62,755 bases of DNA from Campylobacterales bacterium. GTDB lineage: Bacteria > Campylobacterota > Campylobacteria > Campylobacterales > QNZT01. The notes under the pieces were generated by a model that had not been told where the DNA came from, made no database searches, and was given only the letters and a program-made list of their open reading frames with translations. A program made the translations under genes and the position numbers. The stretch covers positions 1-62,755 of the forward strand of contig JAMOMC010000112.1 in NCBI GenBank assembly GCA_027068765.1, in the 5' to 3' direction. Numbering within the stretch: the first letter of the stretch is position 1; every line of letters starts with the position of its first letter. Positions 59,853 to 62,755 of this stretch are shown here, in pieces.

Positions 59853-61519
59853 AGTGGCTAGAAAATCTTATATACAATATAAATGGAAATGGATTTAAAC
59901 GACTGCTTGTTATCGTTTTGACAATTATCGCTCTACTTCTTTCAATTTTAATGCTACCAACTAAAATGGTAAAAGCAAGAATGCTACCTGGGAAAAGTAC
60001 AAATACTTACTCTATTTATGTAGATACACCAACAGGAAGCTCAATTGTGCAGACGAAAGCTACAACAGATTGTGTTTTGGATATTTTAAGAGGTGAAAAT
60101 GAGGTTATAAATGCAGAAGTTTTTTTAGGGCAGGGTTCACCTTTGGATTATGCAGGACTTGTTAAAGGCTCAACTCTAAAACAAGGTGAAAATGTTGCAG
60201 AAATTGTAGTAAATCTAACAGATAAACACACAAGAGATGAAGCTTCATTTTTGATGGTAAAAAGACTTCGTCCTATTATACAAAGTAGATGTAAGCTTCA
60301 AGAGGAGACAAATATAAAAATGATAGAGCAACCAGCAGGTCCTCCAACTCTTGCATCTATTGTTGTTGAAGTCTATGCAGATAGTGAAAAATCTATAAGA
60401 GATATCTCTTTAAAAGTTGCAAATATCTTAAAACAGACAGATGGCTTGGTAGATGTGGATATCATGCAAGATGAAATATATACAAAATATGAATTAATTG
60501 CAGATGCACAAAAGATTAGTAAATCTGGCATCTCCATCTCTCAGTTAAACAATATACTTTATTTAGCATTTGAAGGTATGAAGATAGCTGTTAAAAACTC
60601 ACAAAACTCTCCTGATCAAGTGCCGATATTTTTAGTTTTGAGTGATGAGACAAAAGAGTTAAAAGGCTCTTCAAAAAAGATGCTTGAAGCAAAATTGTCA
60701 TCTTTGAGACTTATGAATAACAAAGGAATGATGGTTCCGTTTAATGAGTTAGTTAGTGTAAAGGAAGCAAAAAACTCTCCAACAATTTTCTCAAAAAATC
60801 TAAGAAAGATGGCAAATGTTTTAGCTGAAACAGATATGGTAAGTCAACTATATCCACTTTTAGATGCAAGAGAGAAGATGATAGAGGTTTTTAGTAAAGA
60901 TTATGAAGTTATAAAAGTTCCTGGAATTACTACAAAAATGTTTGATCTAACTCTTGTAGATAAAAAAAGTGGTGAAGAGATACTTCTTAGTTGGGATGGA
61001 GAGATGAAAGTCTCTTTGGATACTTTTAGAGATTTAGGAGGTGCTTTTATCGCAGCTCTTGTTCTTATATTTTTACTTTTGGTGATATATTATAAAAGTT
61101 TTGCCATTAGTGGCATCATACTTGGTGGTAGTTTTTTATCTATCATAGGTGTTTTAATAGGACACTTTATTGCTAATTTATTTACAAGTGAGACTTTCTT
61201 TTTAACAGCTACTTCACTAATTGGTTTTATAGCTTTGATGGGAATAAGCTCAAGAAACTCTCTTTTGTTAATTGATTTTGCAAAATCTCTTATGAAAGAT
61301 AAAGGCATGGAAAAAAGAAGAGCGATAGCAGTCGCAACGGCAACAAGAGCTACTCCTATTTTTTTAACAGCAATCGCTATCATCCTAGGTTCAGCACTTT
61401 TGGCAACTGATCCAGTGTTTGGTGGACTTGGAGTTGCTTTGATATCTGGAACTATAGCTGCTGTTGTTGTATCTTTGTTGTTTGTTCCTGTACTTATGTA
61501 TAAGACTAAGGCTGTATAG
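59849..61519 (+). CDS. RND permease, C-terminal half
   Basis: ATGA overlap with the upstream half; GFIALMGISSRNSLLL, RATPIFLTA. Confidence 0.9.
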   Translation: MKWLENLIYNINGNGFKRLLVIVLTIIALLLSILMLPTKMVKARMLPGKSTNTYSIYVDTPTGSSIVQTKATTDCVLDILRGENEVINAEVFLGQGSPLDYAGLVKGSTLKQGENVAEIVVNLTDKHTRDEASFLMVKRLRPIIQSRCKLQEETNIKMIEQPAGPPTLASIVVEVYADSEKSIRDISLKVANILKQTDGLVDVDIMQDEIYTKYELIADAQKISKSGISISQLNNILYLAFEGMKIAVKNSQNSPDQVPIFLVLSDETKELKGSSKKMLEAKLSSLRLMNNKGMMVPFNELVSVKEAKNSPTIFSKNLRKMANVLAETDMVSQLYPLLDAREKMIEVFSKDYEVIKVPGITTKMFDLTLVDKKSGEEILLSWDGEMKVSLDTFRDLGGAFIAALVLIFLLLVIYYKSFAISGIILGGSFLSIIGVLIGHFIANLFTSETFFLTATSLIGFIALMGISSRNSLLLIDFAKSLMKDKGMEKRRAIAVATATRATPIFLTAIAIILGSALLATDPVFGGLGVALISGTIAAVVVSLLFVPVLMYKTKAV

Positions 61520-61539
61520 AGAGAAAAGTAGAAGTATAG

Positions 61540-61571
61540 ATTTCAAAGTAAGAGTTAACTTACTTTGAAAT
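61540..61571. terminator. Bidirectional terminator between convergent genes
   Basis: ATTTCAAAGTAAG-AGTTAA-CTTACTTTGAAAT, perfect 13-bp stem. Confidence 0.8.
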
Positions 61572-61590
61572 TACAAAAATCTACCTAGTT

Positions 61591-61785
61591 TTAGCATTGT
61601 GGGCAAGGAACAGGTGTCTTTTTGCAAGGTGTTGGGCAAGGAACAGGTGTCTTTTTACAAGGTGTAGCACAACTTGGAAGGACAGGTTTTGTACAACTTG
61701 CACCTTTAGTAGCAGCCTTAGCACCACAACCACTAAATCCTATAACAGCTAGAGCTAAAACTGCACTAATTAATATATTTCTCAT
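61591..61785 (-). CDS. Small Cys/Pro-rich lipoprotein
   Basis: AAAGGAG RBS; lipobox FSGC; TPCKKTPVPCP repeated. Confidence 0.85.
   Translation of the reverse strand: MRNILISAVLALAVIGFSGCGAKAATKGASCTKPVLPSCATPCKKTPVPCPTPCKKTPVPCPQC
61600..61665. repeat. 33-bp tandem repeat, two copies with one mismatch
   Basis: TGGGCAAGGAACAGGTGTCTTTTT(G/A)CAAGGTGT. Confidence 0.9.
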
Positions 61786-61974
61786 GATTTCTCCTTTCGT
61801 ATATTTTTCATAACAGCTACAAAAGTAATCTATATATAACTAATGTACCTATTAAGATAAATAAAGTTTACCAAAAGTAAAATTCAACAAAGAGTATAAT
61901 GAGAATTTTAATGATTTTTATAAAACTTTAATGTTACAAAATGTAGCAATAAAGTTTTATAATTTTTTTGCTAG

Positions 61975-62100
61975 TTAAATTTTAAAAAGTTTTTTCGTTT
62001 TTTCATGACAAGGTGTTGCTCCACAACCTGTTTTTTCTGCACATCCCAAGATAGATATAAGTATAATTATCAAAATAGAATTTAGTATAATTTTTTTCAT
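61975..62100 (-). CDS. 41-aa lipoprotein absent from the ORF track
   Basis: AGGAGG RBS; MKKIILNSILIIILISILGCAEKTGCGATPCHEKTKKLFKI*, lipobox ILGC. Confidence 0.7.
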   Translation of the reverse strand: MKKIILNSILIIILISILGCAEKTGCGATPCHEKTKKLFKI

Positions 62101-62180
62101 AATACCTCCTACTAGTTTGTTTTTATTTTATCATGATTTTTGAGTATTTTACTTTAAGAAAAGGTAAGCATTTAGTAGAT

Positions 62181-62516
62181 TTATAGATTTTTATCTAACT
62201 CTTTTTTATCAAAACCTACCATAACTTTTCCATCAAACTCAATGACAGGTCTTTTTATCAATAAATTCTCTTTTGCCATCAAGCTTATTTTATCTGTATC
62301 ACTTAAGTTTTGCTCTTTTAATTTAAGTGTTCTGTAGGTTGTGCTTCTTGCATTAAAAAGTTTTTCTAATTTACACTGTTTTAACCAAGATGTTATCTTT
62401 TTTTCATCAACAGCTTCAAGTTTAAAATCGACAAAATCATACTCTAAGTTTGCATCTTTTAGATATTTTATAGTTTTTTTTACACTATCGCAGTTTTTTA
62501 TGCCGTATATTTTCAT
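62181..62516 (-). CDS. ArsC/Spx/YffB-family reductase
   Basis: IYGIKNCDSVKK, LIKRPVIE. Confidence 0.9.
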   Translation of the reverse strand: MKIYGIKNCDSVKKTIKYLKDANLEYDFVDFKLEAVDEKKITSWLKQCKLEKLFNARSTTYRTLKLKEQNLSDTDKISLMAKENLLIKRPVIEFDGKVMVGFDKKELDKNL

Positions 62517-62524
62517 TTTTTTCC

Positions 62525-62755
62525 TTATATAATCAACATCGCATCCCCATATGAGTAGAAGCGATATTTGTTTTCTATAGCCTCTTCATAAAGTTTAAGA
62601 CTTTTATTTATACCTACAAAACTAGCTACTAGCATAAGGAGTGTTGATTTTGGTAGGTGAAAATTTGTTAAAAGATGGTTGACTCGGATTGGTCTGTTTT
62701 GTGGATGTAAAAATAGATCAGATTCACCACTTGTTTTTTTCTCTCTTTGATAATA
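62525..62755 (-). CDS. queA: S-adenosylmethionine:tRNA ribosyltransferase-isomerase, 3' end (truncated by the window edge)
   Basis: Manual translation gives LLTNFHLPKSTLLMLVASF...YRFYSYGDAMLII*. Confidence 0.93.
   Translation of the reverse strand, partial: YYQREKKTSGESDLFLHPQNRPIRVNHLLTNFHLPKSTLLMLVASFVGINKSLKLYEEAIENKYRFYSYGDAMLII

Noticed and set aside
172-62532. Many short ORFs antisense to or nested in long genes (e.g. 950..1285, 8812..9123, 39701..40042, 61090..61383)
   Set aside because: They are shadows of well-supported genes, with no RBS or family motifs

Overview
AT-rich Campylobacterota (Epsilonproteobacteria)-type chromosome segment; the genus cannot be fixed from sequence alone. 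Left to right: the end of a surface-glycan locus (multi-domain glycosyltransferase plus an Arn/Gtr-like N-formyl-amino-sugar modification module); a MerR-aas-amidohydrolase operon; an LVIVD propeller protein, oligopeptidase A and a class II SORL protein; a 1204-aa secreted transglutaminase-like/CBM protein; three pseudopilins; a DccRS-like two-component system with a matching operator in front of three tandem cytochrome c553 genes; oadGAB-pckA-SQR-like-argH; the conserved pheS-pheT-aroA-ispH-rpsA-serA block; a 17-heme cytochrome; a TolC/adaptor/split-RND efflux operon; two tiny Cys-rich lipoproteins; arsC-like; and the 3' end of queA. The most notable element is a ~10 kb, nine-gene operon (35112-45025, minus strand) lying between the normally adjacent HIT and pheS genes. 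It encodes two solute-binding-protein/OmpA-like fusions, a secreted vWA protein, a 2-TM helical protein, a PspA/IM30 (ESCRT-III-like) protein, a NitT/TauT-type ABC importer and a Vps4/CDC48-like AAA+ ATPase whose Walker A and Walker B Mg-binding residues appear reciprocally swapped. It is a candidate envelope-sensing/membrane-remodelling system. All family calls come from motif recognition by eye, not from database searches. No rRNA, tRNA, CRISPR array or transposase was seen.
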